A stretch of DNA of 64,000 bases from Bacteroidota bacterium (GTDB taxonomy: Bacteria > Bacteroidota > Bacteroidia > AKYH767-A > JAHEYN01), in the NCBI GenBank assembly GCA_947448795.1, contig CANFOZ010000002.1, forward strand, positions 29,642-93,641. Reading direction: 5' to 3'. A program made the translations under genes and the position numbers. The notes below the pieces were generated by a model. It did no database searches. It saw only the letters and a list, made by a program, of their open reading frames with translations, and had not been told where the DNA came from. This document shows, piece after piece, positions 20,101 through 30,067 of this stretch. Numbering within the stretch: position 1 is the stretch's first letter; every line of letters begins with the position of its first letter.

Positions 20101-23100
20101 CTTTTCCAAGTCGATAAGCATGGTGTTGGCGTCTGGCCAAATTTCCACATCAGACGAAGCACCCCAGTTTGTTGGGGTGAGATTGATCTCATATTCGTAA
20201 TAGTTATTTTCAAAATCGTTTCCTAAACGAATAAAAGCTTTTAAATCACCTTTCTTCAAAGCGTCTGTACCACTGCCGGCTTCAGCATGGACATACATTC
20301 TTATTTTTTTGTAATTGCGAATATCAAAGCTGATGTTTTTATAGGCTGCACGACCGCTGCCATCGGCTAAACCACATGCTTGTAAAACCAGCGACTGCTC
20401 ATTTAACTGATTGTTGTTTGTCGAATAGGCGTTGCGCTGCCGCAAAATGCCTGGTGGCAATACATATTTGATTGGTTCTCTGTTGCCATTTTCCTCAATA
20501 CTTACAGTTGTTACATCGAAAACTGTCTTGTCGTTATCGATTGGCACATAGGCTCCTTTTTCACCCACATCGTTTGGAAAGCGACGCCAATCGCTGCGAA
20601 CCAGTTGCAGCTTACCAAAACGACAAACTAACGAGTCGCTAAAGCCGCGCATGAACATCCTAATAAAATTAACCGAATGGAAATCTTCGATACTTCCCAC
20701 TTTTTCAGATTTCGGAGTGTTAATTGGAATCTTGAATTGATACCAGGTAACACTTTCTTTTTTACCATTCGGCAAGCTAATCGGTGGCGTAACTAATTTA
20801 TCTGTGATGAAGTTCTCGCCAACATTTTGCATGGCTCCTGGCTTGATAGATACCTTGTATTGGTAGTAGCCCTCGTTTTCGCTAAACATGCCATCCTTAT
20901 TGATGTCTTCCATGTCGGGAAGGGTGGTGGATGAGGTAGGATAGGCTTCTGGTGAGCGCTCCGTTGTAACCGAGTTGCCCTCTAAGCCATTGTATCGTTT
21001 ATACCGTTGCAGAATGCTTAAGCCCTCGTTATCATAATCAGTGCCTCTGAAATGGTGGTAGTCATCGGCTGCTGGATCGTTCGCTGCTCCTGGGTCGTAG
21101 CCAATATAGTCATTGAAAAAAACTTGTTCGTGTGCATTGTCTATTCCATCCAAACCCACATCTTGAAAGGGGCGGCTTGCTGGGTTGTTGTCGAATGCAT
21201 TCACAACCGATTGCTGCAATGGAATTCGACCCCATACACTGATGGAATCACTGAATGCAGCTGTGGTTGTTGGTATAGGATTTTCAGCAATCGGGAGCCC
21301 ATTCTCGAAATTCTTGATGCCGTCTTTTAAAATATCTTCAGAGATGTTTCCAAGGTTGAAATACAGGTCGCCTCCCGATGAGGTTGGGTTGTATATAAAC
21401 GGATCCATCATCCAAAATTCGATGAACTCCACATTCGTGGCCTCAAAGTCGGTGGTCTCCAATTTACGCATCATGCCGCCCCATCTTGTTTCGGGATTGT
21501 TTAAAATGCCATTTAACGAGCCCATCGAAACATCACTCGCTGCTTTATCGAAGTTGTAAGGGCCTCGCTCAGAAGGATAATACGCTAAGTTGAGCACCGA
21601 GAGATTAACCGATTGCTGATTGTTTGCATTCTCTTTGTTTGGAAATATTTCAGTCTCTAAAACTTGTCTTGAGTAATGATAAGACAACTCGTCGGGGTTG
21701 TTTTTGATGTTGTCTGGTGCCTTTGATTCAAAGAAGAAAGGATCAATCACGAACCAACCCAAGCGCGCTCTATTGAATCCAGTGCGTAGGTCATTCGTGT
21801 ATTGCGCTTCTCTGAAAAGAGTGGGTTGAAATTGCGGAACGCTAGCCAAGGTCCACAGGCTCGGCGACTTGATATCAATGGTTGATTTGGTGCCTTCAAA
21901 GTCATCAATGTAAGCTGTTCCTCCAGTCTTGTTATCTATCTGACGAGAGTGGCCCGGTTGCAAGCGCGCATATTCACCTGCAAGGGTAATGGTTGATACC
22001 TCTTTTGTATCATACAGAGGTAGCTTGTCAATAATTCGAGTGAGCAAGCGAGAGTCTGTTTTATAGGTTCCATCGACACCCCAGATGGTGTTCGAAATAG
22101 ATTCATCACCGATGCTCACCTTTTGTGTAATCGGTCGCTCACTTAAGTGCAACAAGGTTCCTCCAAGCGAAAAATCTTTGTTTATATAATAGTCTAAGCG
22201 GGTGCCAAAAAGAGTTTTTGTTTGAAAGCTGAAAGCCGAATTGCTCTCCAGTTCGCACTTGATTGGTGTATTCGAATTGAGGTAAGCAGCATTGATGATC
22301 TTTACCTTTCCTAAGTTATAATCCACGGTGTAGTCGGCATTCTCAACCAGCTTTACACCTCCCGCAGTTACCGTAACTGATCCTTGTGGAATGTTGAATG
22401 CATTGAGGTTGATCTCTGAACCACTGGTCGATTTATAGCTTCCTTTCAACGAATAGCGGTTGTGCTCAAGGTCTTGCTGCGCTCTTGTTTTTGTGGAGTC
22501 GTAAAGAAAATCAAAGGCATACTGGTTGGCTGTTGCTTGATCTAGAAATTTCGAACGGAGAAAAGAACCAAAAGGTTCACGAACAGGGAAGATAATACGG
22601 CCTTTGTCTGCATTGATCGTCAGCCCTTCCATGAAGTCAAACTCACCGTTTGGCTGCGGATCGTTTTGCGCATTCGTTTTGTCTAAGTTTAATACTTTTA
22701 AAAGATTCACTCCGTTAACCTTTGGCTCATTGCCTCCAGCAGGCAAATAATTTACAGGGATGCCTGATGCTGCATTGTCATACATAATATTCAGCTTGAA
22801 GTCTTCGCGGTTTATTTGAAAAGCCCCAATGCTGTATATGTTTTTCATCATTAAATCCCAAGTCGGTAGCTTGGTGGTAAAAACGGTCCCTTTTAAAAGT
22901 TTTACCAACAAAGCACTTGGTGCCGCAATGCCGCCGTTTGAGAACTCACCAACGCGGTAGGTATTACCTCCAATGGTGTATTCAAAAGAAACAGCAAGCA
23001 CCTCATTCGGGTTCAATGTTTGGTTGAGGGAGATGTATCCAAGTCTTGAATTAACTGTGTACTCTGAACTTGCTAGCAAGCGTGCCTCAAGTTTTTCATA

Positions 23101-24486
23101 ATCCTGCGTGCCCACAAAGCCATAGGCATCTAAAATAGGCTTTACACTATTGATGTCCCTTATTCCTGCGCTTTGCGATACATTGCGGTAGATGTTGTTC
23201 GAATAGTTCGATGGGTAGGGTACATTCAATGTGTCAGGTCCAACCGAAACAGAGCCGAAAGTAACACCGGTATTGTAAACCGTGCGCTCGCCTAAATCTA
23301 AGATCGCTGCAATGTTTCGGATGTTATCTACATTGCCTTGCTTCCGTGTTACCCAAACCTCCACTCGGCTAATGTTAACCGGTGATTTTACTTCCGGTAG
23401 CTCGGAGAGAAATTTATCGTAATTATCCTTGAAATACTGTGCGAGAAAAAAGTGTTTGTTGGCCTCATACTGATCCGCTTTTACTTCATAGAATGAAGTT
23501 TGCGCACCGCCTTGTGATTCCACCGTCTGTTTCTTGCCCTTTTGCTGCGAGTAAATACTCGTCATCTTCAGTCGCCCAAATTGAAGCGCTGTTTTAATAC
23601 CAAATAAACTCTGGCTGCCGGTAATCAAACTACTAGTAAGCGGCAGACTGACATTGCCCATTTCAATCTTTTTGATGATCTCGTCCTCGTAACCGGTGTA
23701 CTCAATCTTCATCTGATTCTCGAAGTCGAACTGCGACTCTGTATTGTACGATGTTGTGATCTTCATCTTATCGCCGATGTTTCCAATCACATTCATCTGA
23801 ATCTTCTGATTAAAATCGAATTGCGGCGGTGGCTTCTGCGAACGAACCGGAAGCGATGGGTTTTCATTGGTGCTGCGACGCAGGCCGAACAAAAGCTCGG
23901 CTGAACCGTTGGGCTTAATATCTACGGTGTTTCCTCCAAAAATGAGGTCGAACACTTCATTGTTTACATGCAACACCGGAATGAGCGCATTCTTTTTTAC
24001 CACATTCTCTTCCTCTGATCGCTGCTTGAAATAATTAATCTGCGATTTTCTGAACTCGCCATCCACAAACTCATCAAATGTTAAATAGCTTGGGTTACGG
24101 TAAAACATGCGCCCGATGCCTTCGTTGATGTCGTATTGATTCTCATCCGGATTGTATTCCACCGTCTTGATTACATTCGAAGGGTCATGCAAAAAGAGCG
24201 GACTGCTGCTTGTCCCATTCTCGTCTTCGAGGATATGGTCTTCAAATGGATAGCGCAAGTGAATTACGCTATCGCTGTCTGCTTTTAGCATAGGGCTAAG
24301 CAGCGCGTTTTTAAAGGGCGAGATAAGCGCAGGACTCGACATCCAAGCCATGGTAAAACCCATAGCCAGTAAGCAGAACAGCAGTGTATTCTTTGCTTTA
24401 AAGGATGTATTGAAAACCTTTTTCGTCACAGCGCGGAGCCTTCTAAGGGTATTGTTTCGTGCAGGTATTAAATAAGGAAAAGGCAC
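17140..24486 (-). CDS. sprA: SprA, the giant outer-membrane T9SS translocon / gliding-motility protein.
   Basis: 2448 aa single ORF. It has a signal/TM start and an Asn/Tyr/Gly-rich beta-barrel composition ending in an aromatic residue. Size and composition match Bacteroidota SprA (~2400 aa). Confidence 0.85.
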   Translation of the reverse strand: MPFPYLIPARNNTLRRLRAVTKKVFNTSFKAKNTLLFCLLAMGFTMAWMSSPALISPFKNALLSPMLKADSDSVIHLRYPFEDHILEDENGTSSSPLFLHDPSNVIKTVEYNPDENQYDINEGIGRMFYRNPSYLTFDEFVDGEFRKSQINYFKQRSEEENVVKKNALIPVLHVNNEVFDLIFGGNTVDIKPNGSAELLFGLRRSTNENPSLPVRSQKPPPQFDFNQKIQMNVIGNIGDKMKITTSYNTESQFDFENQMKIEYTGYEDEIIKKIEMGNVSLPLTSSLITGSQSLFGIKTALQFGRLKMTSIYSQQKGKKQTVESQGGAQTSFYEVKADQYEANKHFFLAQYFKDNYDKFLSELPEVKSPVNISRVEVWVTRKQGNVDNIRNIAAILDLGERTVYNTGVTFGSVSVGPDTLNVPYPSNYSNNIYRNVSQSAGIRDINSVKPILDAYGFVGTQDYEKLEARLLASSEYTVNSRLGYISLNQTLNPNEVLAVSFEYTIGGNTYRVGEFSNGGIAAPSALLVKLLKGTVFTTKLPTWDLMMKNIYSIGAFQINREDFKLNIMYDNAASGIPVNYLPAGGNEPKVNGVNLLKVLNLDKTNAQNDPQPNGEFDFMEGLTINADKGRIIFPVREPFGSFLRSKFLDQATANQYAFDFLYDSTKTRAQQDLEHNRYSLKGSYKSTSGSEINLNAFNIPQGSVTVTAGGVKLVENADYTVDYNLGKVKIINAAYLNSNTPIKCELESNSAFSFQTKTLFGTRLDYYINKDFSLGGTLLHLSERPITQKVSIGDESISNTIWGVDGTYKTDSRLLTRIIDKLPLYDTKEVSTITLAGEYARLQPGHSRQIDNKTGGTAYIDDFEGTKSTIDIKSPSLWTLASVPQFQPTLFREAQYTNDLRTGFNRARLGWFVIDPFFFESKAPDNIKNNPDELSYHYSRQVLETEIFPNKENANNQQSVNLSVLNLAYYPSERGPYNFDKAASDVSMGSLNGILNNPETRWGGMMRKLETTDFEATNVEFIEFWMMDPFIYNPTSSGGDLYFNLGNISEDILKDGIKNFENGLPIAENPIPTTTAAFSDSISVWGRIPLQQSVVNAFDNNPASRPFQDVGLDGIDNAHEQVFFNDYIGYDPGAANDPAADDYHHFRGTDYDNEGLSILQRYKRYNGLEGNSVTTERSPEAYPTSSTTLPDMEDINKDGMFSENEGYYQYKVSIKPGAMQNVGENFITDKLVTPPISLPNGKKESVTWYQFKIPINTPKSEKVGSIEDFHSVNFIRMFMRGFSDSLVCRFGKLQLVRSDWRRFPNDVGEKGAYVPIDNDKTVFDVTTVSIEENGNREPIKYVLPPGILRQRNAYSTNNNQLNEQSLVLQACGLADGSGRAAYKNISFDIRNYKKIRMYVHAEAGSGTDALKKGDLKAFIRLGNDFENNYYEYEINLTPTNWGASSDVEIWPDANTMLIDLEKLYNAKLDRNALNWAINKPYSVMDGENRITVVGSPRLNELHTIMLGIRNPYRYTSDSDDGLPKCAEVWFDELRVTDFDDKGGWAANARLSAKLADLGNVNVSGIHKSANWGSLEQKLNERSKNTETSYDASGTTELGKFLPEKSKLKIPVYMGYAEVWKRPKFDPYDPDVPLQNELDHYKTTNQDARRKEIIHQSEDYTVRRSLNFTNVKKEKGAGKKSHFYDVENVSLNYAYTDLYNRSESIQYKYQKTHRGGIAYVFGNTPKNVAPFAKSKALKSNWFKLIKDFNFQYSPSSVAFRTDLDRQYNEMLLRNTTGSPFGMDTNFNKSFSMSRNYDVKYDMTKSLKFDFQANNSSRVDEGAGRINRKDQDYQQAMDTIKNNLFGIDAPLGGRTTDYHHTGNVNYTIPINKIPILDWITPTSRYGYDYHWVTAPYKRDSLTYKMRPDTALGNTITNSKNIQLSANLNFTNFYNKVNYFKRVNQMKPGQVFPKRLKPIKTHEDSLRAKQDSLFHASAIGQVLHVGTKFLLAVKTGSLSFTSTDGTILPGYLQRTQFMGMDDRFEGPTTGFIFGSQKDIRMKAGDKNWITHDTLLNLPYTKTHMDNIMGKVNIEPLPGFKIDLNVTRNYTLNHSEYFHYYSDSTGTSGYKGFSPTETGNFSMSYFSLNTAFEKQSKPDYTSAAFENFKAYRTIISERLSSENPNASQMRDTAGYYKGYGSTSQEVLIPAFLAAYGSNHSPENESLANGSSKHAKHSLFAAIPIPNWRISYDGLSKLEATKKYFNTVTISHGYRSTYNINNFTTSTLFIEDINGHSLAVNDTGDFRSRFEIGQISIAEQFSPLLGIDMNWKSGFTNKLEYKRDRNISLNLANTNVNETRGAEYVLGMGYKLKNYKIPFKINAQTVRLKNDLIFKTDFSYRRSLTISRALVQETVQPTGGMRTKKISTSIEYMVNERFNLKLFHEWSRNIPEISTSFKTTNWNAGFSIRFTLS

Positions 24487-24607
24487 TCAAGGAGGCCTTT
24501 CCCACAGATTCTTGTGTCGTTCTTATTCAACAAGAGTATTAAAACGAAATTTCTTTCCAAATCGTATAAAACTCCATAAAGACTTGATAATCAGTTTTGT
24601 GTGTAAA

Positions 24608-25204
24608 TTAAAGTTGATTTAGCGCCATCTTTATTAATACCTCGAGGGTTGGCATCTCTTTGCTTGCTCTTAGAATGCTGTTTAACACTTTCTCAACGGC
24701 AGGCTTCCCAAAACCTAAAGTGAGCAGTGCTGCCATCGCTTGGTCTTTCAGTTGATGATCAACCATCGTAAAGCCATCTAACATCGGTGTGATGATGGAA
24801 TCGCTTTTGCTTATTTTGTCTTTTAGATCAAGTACGAGGCGTTGTGCAGTCTTGTTACCAATGCCTTTGATGCTTTGTAAAACAGGAATATTACTGCTTA
24901 AGATGGCTTGTTGTATCTCGGCTGGCGACAAGGAGGAGAGCATCATTCTTGCTGTATTTTCCCCGATACCAGAAACGGATATTAACTGACGAAAAAGGCG
25001 TCGCTCGTCTTCGTCAGCAAAGCCGAAGAGGGATAATGAATCCTCTTTTACCGACAGGTGAACAAGCAGCTTACATTGTTCGTTCGAACCTAATTTTGCA
25101 AAGGTATGAAGAGAGATGTTGACCTGATAACCAACGCCACCACAGTCAATCACCGCATAGGTCGGTGTTTTTTCTACGAGGCGTCCTTGTAAATGATGGT
25201 ACAT
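24608..25204 (-). CDS. ruvA: Holliday junction branch migration protein RuvA.
   Basis: MYHHLQGRLVEKTPTYAVIDCGGVGYQVNISLHT. It has two HhH motifs (VSGIGENTARMMLSSL, IKGIGNKTAQRLVLDL). Confidence 0.9.
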   Translation of the reverse strand: MYHHLQGRLVEKTPTYAVIDCGGVGYQVNISLHTFAKLGSNEQCKLLVHLSVKEDSLSLFGFADEDERRLFRQLISVSGIGENTARMMLSSLSPAEIQQAILSSNIPVLQSIKGIGNKTAQRLVLDLKDKISKSDSIITPMLDGFTMVDHQLKDQAMAALLTLGFGKPAVEKVLNSILRASKEMPTLEVLIKMALNQL

Positions 25205-25218
25205 GCTATCTTGTAATT

Positions 25219-27510
25219 TTAGGAGTTTGTTCTAGATTGCGCATCTACCACCGCGATGGTAATCATGTTCACGATTTCTCGAACCGAGCTGCCCAATTGG
25301 AGAATATGTACTGGCTTTTTCATGCCCAATAAAACCGGTCCGATTGCTTCAGCTCCGCCAATCTCTTGGAGGAGTTTGTAGGCAATATTTCCGGCTTCCA
25401 AATTTGGAAAGATGAGCGTATTAGCGCCTTCGGTTGCTAATGGGGAGAATGGAAAATTGTCTCGTAGCATCTGTGGATTCAATGCAAAGTTGGCTTGCAT
25501 CTCTCCGTCAACAATGATTTCTGGATGCTTCTCATTGAGAATACGCACTGCTTCGCGCACAGCGATAGTTGATGGTTGATCGACCGAGCCATAGTTAGAG
25601 TAGGAGAGCATGGCGATCCTCGGCTTGAAGTTCATTTGCGTGAGCGCAGTGGATACAAGCAATGCAATGTCAACTAAATCGTTGGCAGTTGGGTTTGCAT
25701 TGATGGTTGTGTCGGCAAAGAATATAGGCCCTTTTTTCGTGATCATGATATACATGCCAGCTACCTTCCGCACACCTTCCTGAACGCCAATGATCTGCAA
25801 GGCAGGTCGAATCGTGTCTGGATATTTGCGCGTCAAGCCCGAAATTAAAGCATCGGCTTCGCCTGTCTCTACCATCATAGCGCCAAAATGGTTGCGCTCC
25901 ATCATCACCTTGCGTGCTTCATAAATATTGAAACCTCTGCGTTTTCTTTTTTCAAAAAACAAGTCGCCAAAGGCCATGCGTTTCTGCTCTTCTTTGCGCG
26001 GATCAATGATCGGGGTGTCGCCAAGATCGAGCTTGTTTTCTGCCATCAAGGCCCGGATCTTTTCGGCATTGCCAAGCAATATAGGAAAGGCAATACCTTC
26101 GTCACGAACCAACTGTGCTGCTTTTAGAATCTTGTAGTTGTCGGCTTCAGCAAACACCACACGCTTTGGATGCTGCTTGGCTTTGGACGTGATGGAACGA
26201 ATTAACTTGTCATCCAAGCCTAAGCGCCCCATCAGGTCGTTGTTGTATTTATCCCAATCAGTAATTGGCACGCGTGCCACTCCGGATTCCATTGCAGCCT
26301 TTGCAACGGCTGGAGCCACGGTGTATATCAAGCGTGGATCTAATGGTTTAGGAATGATATAGTCTTTGCCGAATACAATGTTCTTCTTGTTGTAGGCAAG
26401 GTTAACCATCTCCGGAACGGTTTCTTTGGCTAAGTTGGCCAAGGCATAAACCGCCGCTAGCTTCATCTCCTCATTGATCTGACGCGCCCTAACATCGAGG
26501 GCTCCACGGAAGATGAACGGAAAGCCTAAAACATTGTTCACTTGGTTAGGATAGTCGCTTCGGCCTGTTGCTAAGATAACATCTGGTCGACAGGAGATAG
26601 CGTCTTCATAACGAATCTCGGGGTCGGGATTAGCTAACGCGAAAACGACCGGATTCTTTGCCATGCTCCGCACCATGTCCTGCGATACCACATTGCCTTT
26701 AGAAAGGCCTAAGAATACATCCGCACCAGCCATGGCTTCTGCAAGTGTTGTGACTTTGGTATTCGATGCAAACATCTGTTTGTTATCGTCCAAACCCGTT
26801 CGGTCTTTTGTAATAGGACCTTTGCTGTCAAGCATAATCAGGTTGTCGAGCTTTGCGCCCAACTTCACATACAACTTTGCACAGGAAATCGCCGATGCGC
26901 CAGCGCCATTGATAACAATCTTTACTTTGTCGATTTTCTTGCCCGCTACTTCCAATGCATTGATCAGCGCGGCGCTCGAGATAATAGCCGTTCCGTGTTG
27001 ATCATCGTGCATGACAGGAATGTCCAAGCTGGCTTTCAAGCGTTTCTCAATTTCGAAACACTCCGGTGCCTTGATGTCTTCAAGGTTGATACCGCCAAAA
27101 GTAGGGGAGATGGCTTGCACCGTCTTCACAAAATCGTCGATGTCCGTTTGGTTAATCTCTATATCCATGGAGTCGATGTCGGCGAAGATTTTGAACAAAA
27201 GGCCTTTGCCTTCCATAACCGGCTTAGAGGCCTCTGGCCCAATGTTACCCAAGCCCAACACCGCTGTGCCATTGGAAATAACAGCCACGAGGTTGCCCTT
27301 CGCAGTGTATTTGTATACATCGTCCACATTTTCCGCAATCTTAAGGCAAGGTTCTGCCACACCGGGCGAATAGGCTAAAGAGAGGTCGCGTTGCGAACTG
27401 TATGGTTTAGTAGGTATAATTTCAATTTTGCCAGGTCTGCCCTGTGAATGGTAGTCTAGTGCGTCTTGTTTCAGGTTGTCTTTTTTCATAAGTATAGTGG
27501 CCTTAAGCAT
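25219..27510 (-). CDS. maeB: NADP-dependent malic enzyme (malic enzyme domain fused to a PTA-like domain).
   Basis: 763 aa. The N-terminal malic-enzyme domain contains NGAGASAI, and the C-terminal half is phosphate-acetyltransferase-like. Confidence 0.9.
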   Translation of the reverse strand: MLKATILMKKDNLKQDALDYHSQGRPGKIEIIPTKPYSSQRDLSLAYSPGVAEPCLKIAENVDDVYKYTAKGNLVAVISNGTAVLGLGNIGPEASKPVMEGKGLLFKIFADIDSMDIEINQTDIDDFVKTVQAISPTFGGINLEDIKAPECFEIEKRLKASLDIPVMHDDQHGTAIISSAALINALEVAGKKIDKVKIVINGAGASAISCAKLYVKLGAKLDNLIMLDSKGPITKDRTGLDDNKQMFASNTKVTTLAEAMAGADVFLGLSKGNVVSQDMVRSMAKNPVVFALANPDPEIRYEDAISCRPDVILATGRSDYPNQVNNVLGFPFIFRGALDVRARQINEEMKLAAVYALANLAKETVPEMVNLAYNKKNIVFGKDYIIPKPLDPRLIYTVAPAVAKAAMESGVARVPITDWDKYNNDLMGRLGLDDKLIRSITSKAKQHPKRVVFAEADNYKILKAAQLVRDEGIAFPILLGNAEKIRALMAENKLDLGDTPIIDPRKEEQKRMAFGDLFFEKRKRRGFNIYEARKVMMERNHFGAMMVETGEADALISGLTRKYPDTIRPALQIIGVQEGVRKVAGMYIMITKKGPIFFADTTINANPTANDLVDIALLVSTALTQMNFKPRIAMLSYSNYGSVDQPSTIAVREAVRILNEKHPEIIVDGEMQANFALNPQMLRDNFPFSPLATEGANTLIFPNLEAGNIAYKLLQEIGGAEAIGPVLLGMKKPVHILQLGSSVREIVNMITIAVVDAQSRTNS

Positions 27511-27684
27511 GTTTTTTCAAAGGGATGTAAAGCTACAAAAAAAGCCGTTACGGATCGTGAAAAAACGACCAACATACTTATATAATGATAAAAAACAGGA
27601 ATGTTGCCGCTTAACAAGCCTTGCAAAGACTTCTCAATATGCAAAAACGGTCTTGTTTGCAGATTAAAAAAAGAAGCTTCGCTA

Positions 27685-28137
27685 TTACCCGCGAATCTCG
27701 TCAAGCCAGGCATTCATTTGCTTGGCTTTTTTTTCGTCCAGATTGCGGATCAGATCCTTGGTGTAGAAATCTTCTTTTTCGATTTCTTCTATCAGTTCTA
27801 GTCCGGCCTTTGTGATACTGATTTTTACGGAACGCCGATCGGACTTGTCTTCAACTCTAGCTGCTAGTTTTTTGCTTATCAGTTTATCAACGATGCGTGT
27901 TGCGTTCGACGATCGATCAAGCATGCGCTTGGTGATTGCTTGGTTGTTGTGACTTTCTGGAAAGTGCCCCTTGAGAATTTTTAACACATTGAATTGCTGA
28001 GGCGTAAGTCCATACGACTTTAGTCCATTTGCTAAAACGGTATTCAGCCAACTGCTTGTAAAGGCAATGTTTACAAAGAGTTTTAGAAATTCATTATTAA
28101 ATGGCCTAATCTGCTTTATCTCATCCTCCAATCGCAT
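27685..28137 (-). CDS. MarR-family transcriptional regulator.
   Basis: 150 aa with a winged HTH (LTPQQFNVLKIL...DRRSVKISITKAG). Confidence 0.8.
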   Translation of the reverse strand: MRLEDEIKQIRPFNNEFLKLFVNIAFTSSWLNTVLANGLKSYGLTPQQFNVLKILKGHFPESHNNQAITKRMLDRSSNATRIVDKLISKKLAARVEDKSDRRSVKISITKAGLELIEEIEKEDFYTKDLIRNLDEKKAKQMNAWLDEIRG

Positions 28138-28195
28138 GGGCTTGTATTTTTTTTGTTCTTGAATGGTGCAATTTTTAGGCGTTAAAGGAAAAAAA

Positions 28196-28804
28196 TTAGA
28201 TATTTTCCTTGGCGTTTTTAACGAAGTCGAAGAGGAACTCGCGTGCCCGCCAAAGCTGTGCTTTAACTGTGCCTAAGGGTAGTTTTAATGTCACCGATAT
28301 CTCCTCGTAAGAATATTCCTTGAAATAGCGAAGTTCCACCAATTGCTTGTAGCGAGGGGGTAATTTTTCGACTAGGTTTCGCATGATCTCATTCTTCTGC
28401 TCCCGAATCATCTTCTCCTCCGGATCAAGCACATCGGCCTTGATATTCATCGCCATTTCTTCCCCTTCGTCATTCTCAAAACCTTTGTCAATCGAGAAGG
28501 TCATCTTCTTCTTCTTGCGAATGAAGTCGATGCAATTGTTTGTTGCAATACGAAACAACCAAGTACTGAACGCATAATCGGGTGTGTATTGGGAAAGATT
28601 CCGAAAGGCCTTACCAAAGGCTTCCATGGTTAAATCCTCCGCGTCGTCGCGGTTGTTAACCATCTTTAAAAGCATGAAATAAATCGAGTCGCGATAGCGA
28701 TGCATCAATTCAGCAAAGGCCTTCTCATCGCGCTCTTCCACCGCCGCTTTAACAAGATTAAAATCAATCTTGCCTTTTGCTGAGAGGTTGTCGTTTATTT
28801 CCAT
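28196..28804 (-). CDS. Sigma-70 family (ECF-type) RNA polymerase sigma factor.
   Basis: Region 2 (DAEDLTMEAFGKAFRNLSQY...FSTWLFRIATNNCIDFIRK) and region 4 (YKQLVELRYFKEYSYEEISVTLKLPLGTVKAQLWRAR). A ~40-aa acidic insert separates the two regions. Confidence 0.8.
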   Translation of the reverse strand: MEINDNLSAKGKIDFNLVKAAVEERDEKAFAELMHRYRDSIYFMLLKMVNNRDDAEDLTMEAFGKAFRNLSQYTPDYAFSTWLFRIATNNCIDFIRKKKKMTFSIDKGFENDEGEEMAMNIKADVLDPEEKMIREQKNEIMRNLVEKLPPRYKQLVELRYFKEYSYEEISVTLKLPLGTVKAQLWRAREFLFDFVKNAKENI

Positions 28805-29928
28805 TTGTGGTCTTTATAAAGTAAGCCTTGTATAGCAAATATCGGAGAAATAGCCATCATTGTCAAATCCAAAAAAGGCAGCATCCAAATCAGATCTTGC
28901 TCCTTTAGTTTCTGCATGGCCTTGCCATAAATAAGGTATTGAGCACCAATCTTTATAGCAAAGATGCCAAGCACAACGCGCCAATCAAATTGCAAAACAA
29001 GCAAACCAATCAAACTCAGGATAAAGAGAACCTGTGCAGCCCAAAACAAACCTAGCGTGAATTGGTGTTTGGTGGGATAATGCTTGGATGTCGACATGTG
29101 TCGTGTCTTCTGTGTAGACCACTCTCCAAAAGTTTCTTTGGGCTTAGAGATGGTAAAGGCATCCGGATGCACCTCAACACTAGTATTCGATCGTGTCGTT
29201 GTTTCGTTAACGAAAAGATCGTCGTCGCCAGAAAGAATATGCTGGTGGTTAGCAAAACCTTTGTTGTTAAAAAAGAGCGAACGGTGATAGCCAAGGTTGC
29301 GGCCAACTCCCATATACGCATTGCCGTTCATGGCGTATGACAGATATTGCAAGGCCGACTGAAAAGTGTCGAAACGAATCAGCTTATTAAGGATGCCCTG
29401 CCTCTTCTCATAAGCACCGTAACCCAAAATCAAGTGTTTGCTTTCGGTGAAGTTTCCAACCATGCTACGCAGCCAGTTTTTGCTGTTTGGCACACAGTCT
29501 GCATCAGTAAAAAGTAACGTGTCGTGTGCTGCTGCTTTTATTCCTAAAGTTAATGCGAACTTCTTGCCGTGAATGTATTTTTCTTGAAATTGAATGGTCA
29601 CTACCTTCAAGTGTTTGTACTTCTGCTCAAGTGCGTCTAACACTTGCTCCGATTCGTCCCACGAGCAGTCGTTAACTACAACGACTTGAAAATCTGGATA
29701 GTCTTGCTCCAGCACATGTTGTAAGTTTTTCGACAGATTGAGTGCCTCATTGCGTGCACTGATAATTACTGAAACGGACGGCGTACCACCCTCGCTTGCT
29801 TTGAGTTTTGCAAAGGCCAACTTGCTGAAGCTTTTAAAATAATAAGCAAGCAGGATGATAAAGGCAAGAAGATAAAGGCAAAGCAGCGGAAGTTGAAAGA
29901 TGTTGTTGAATTCGAGTAATTGGGTCAC
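28795..29928 (-). CDS. Membrane-anchored glycosyltransferase family 2.
   Basis: N-terminal TM helix, a GT-A core (VSVIISARNE...VVVVNDCSWDES...FTDADC) and C-terminal TM helices. Its stop overlaps the sigma-factor start by 10 nt. Confidence 0.75.
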   Translation of the reverse strand: MTQLLEFNNIFQLPLLCLYLLAFIILLAYYFKSFSKLAFAKLKASEGGTPSVSVIISARNEALNLSKNLQHVLEQDYPDFQVVVVNDCSWDESEQVLDALEQKYKHLKVVTIQFQEKYIHGKKFALTLGIKAAAHDTLLFTDADCVPNSKNWLRSMVGNFTESKHLILGYGAYEKRQGILNKLIRFDTFQSALQYLSYAMNGNAYMGVGRNLGYHRSLFFNNKGFANHQHILSGDDDLFVNETTTRSNTSVEVHPDAFTISKPKETFGEWSTQKTRHMSTSKHYPTKHQFTLGLFWAAQVLFILSLIGLLVLQFDWRVVLGIFAIKIGAQYLIYGKAMQKLKEQDLIWMLPFLDLTMMAISPIFAIQGLLYKDHKWK

Positions 29929-30067
29929 GTGGTGCTGGGGCGTTGATTTGTTACAAATGCGCTATTCCTCCGCGGGTTTTCGGGAGTCATAACAAAAGTA
30001 GAGGATGTAATCCCACGCAATCCCTTACCTTTGACAAGTTTTTCACACCACTGCGTTAATATAAACC

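Noticed and set aside
17492-21559. Several 60–125-aa plus-strand ORFs inside sprA (17492..17731, 18476..18682, 18823..19044, 19351..19698, 21052..21330, 21185..21559).
   Set aside because: They are antisense to a long, clearly coding gene. They have no start context or homology and are typical frame noise.
27511-27684. Imperfect inverted repeat (GCAAAGAC…GTCTTGTTTGC) in the maeB–marR intergenic region. I considered it as a terminator.
   Set aside because: The stem is mismatched and lacks a following T-run on the relevant strand, so it is not convincing.
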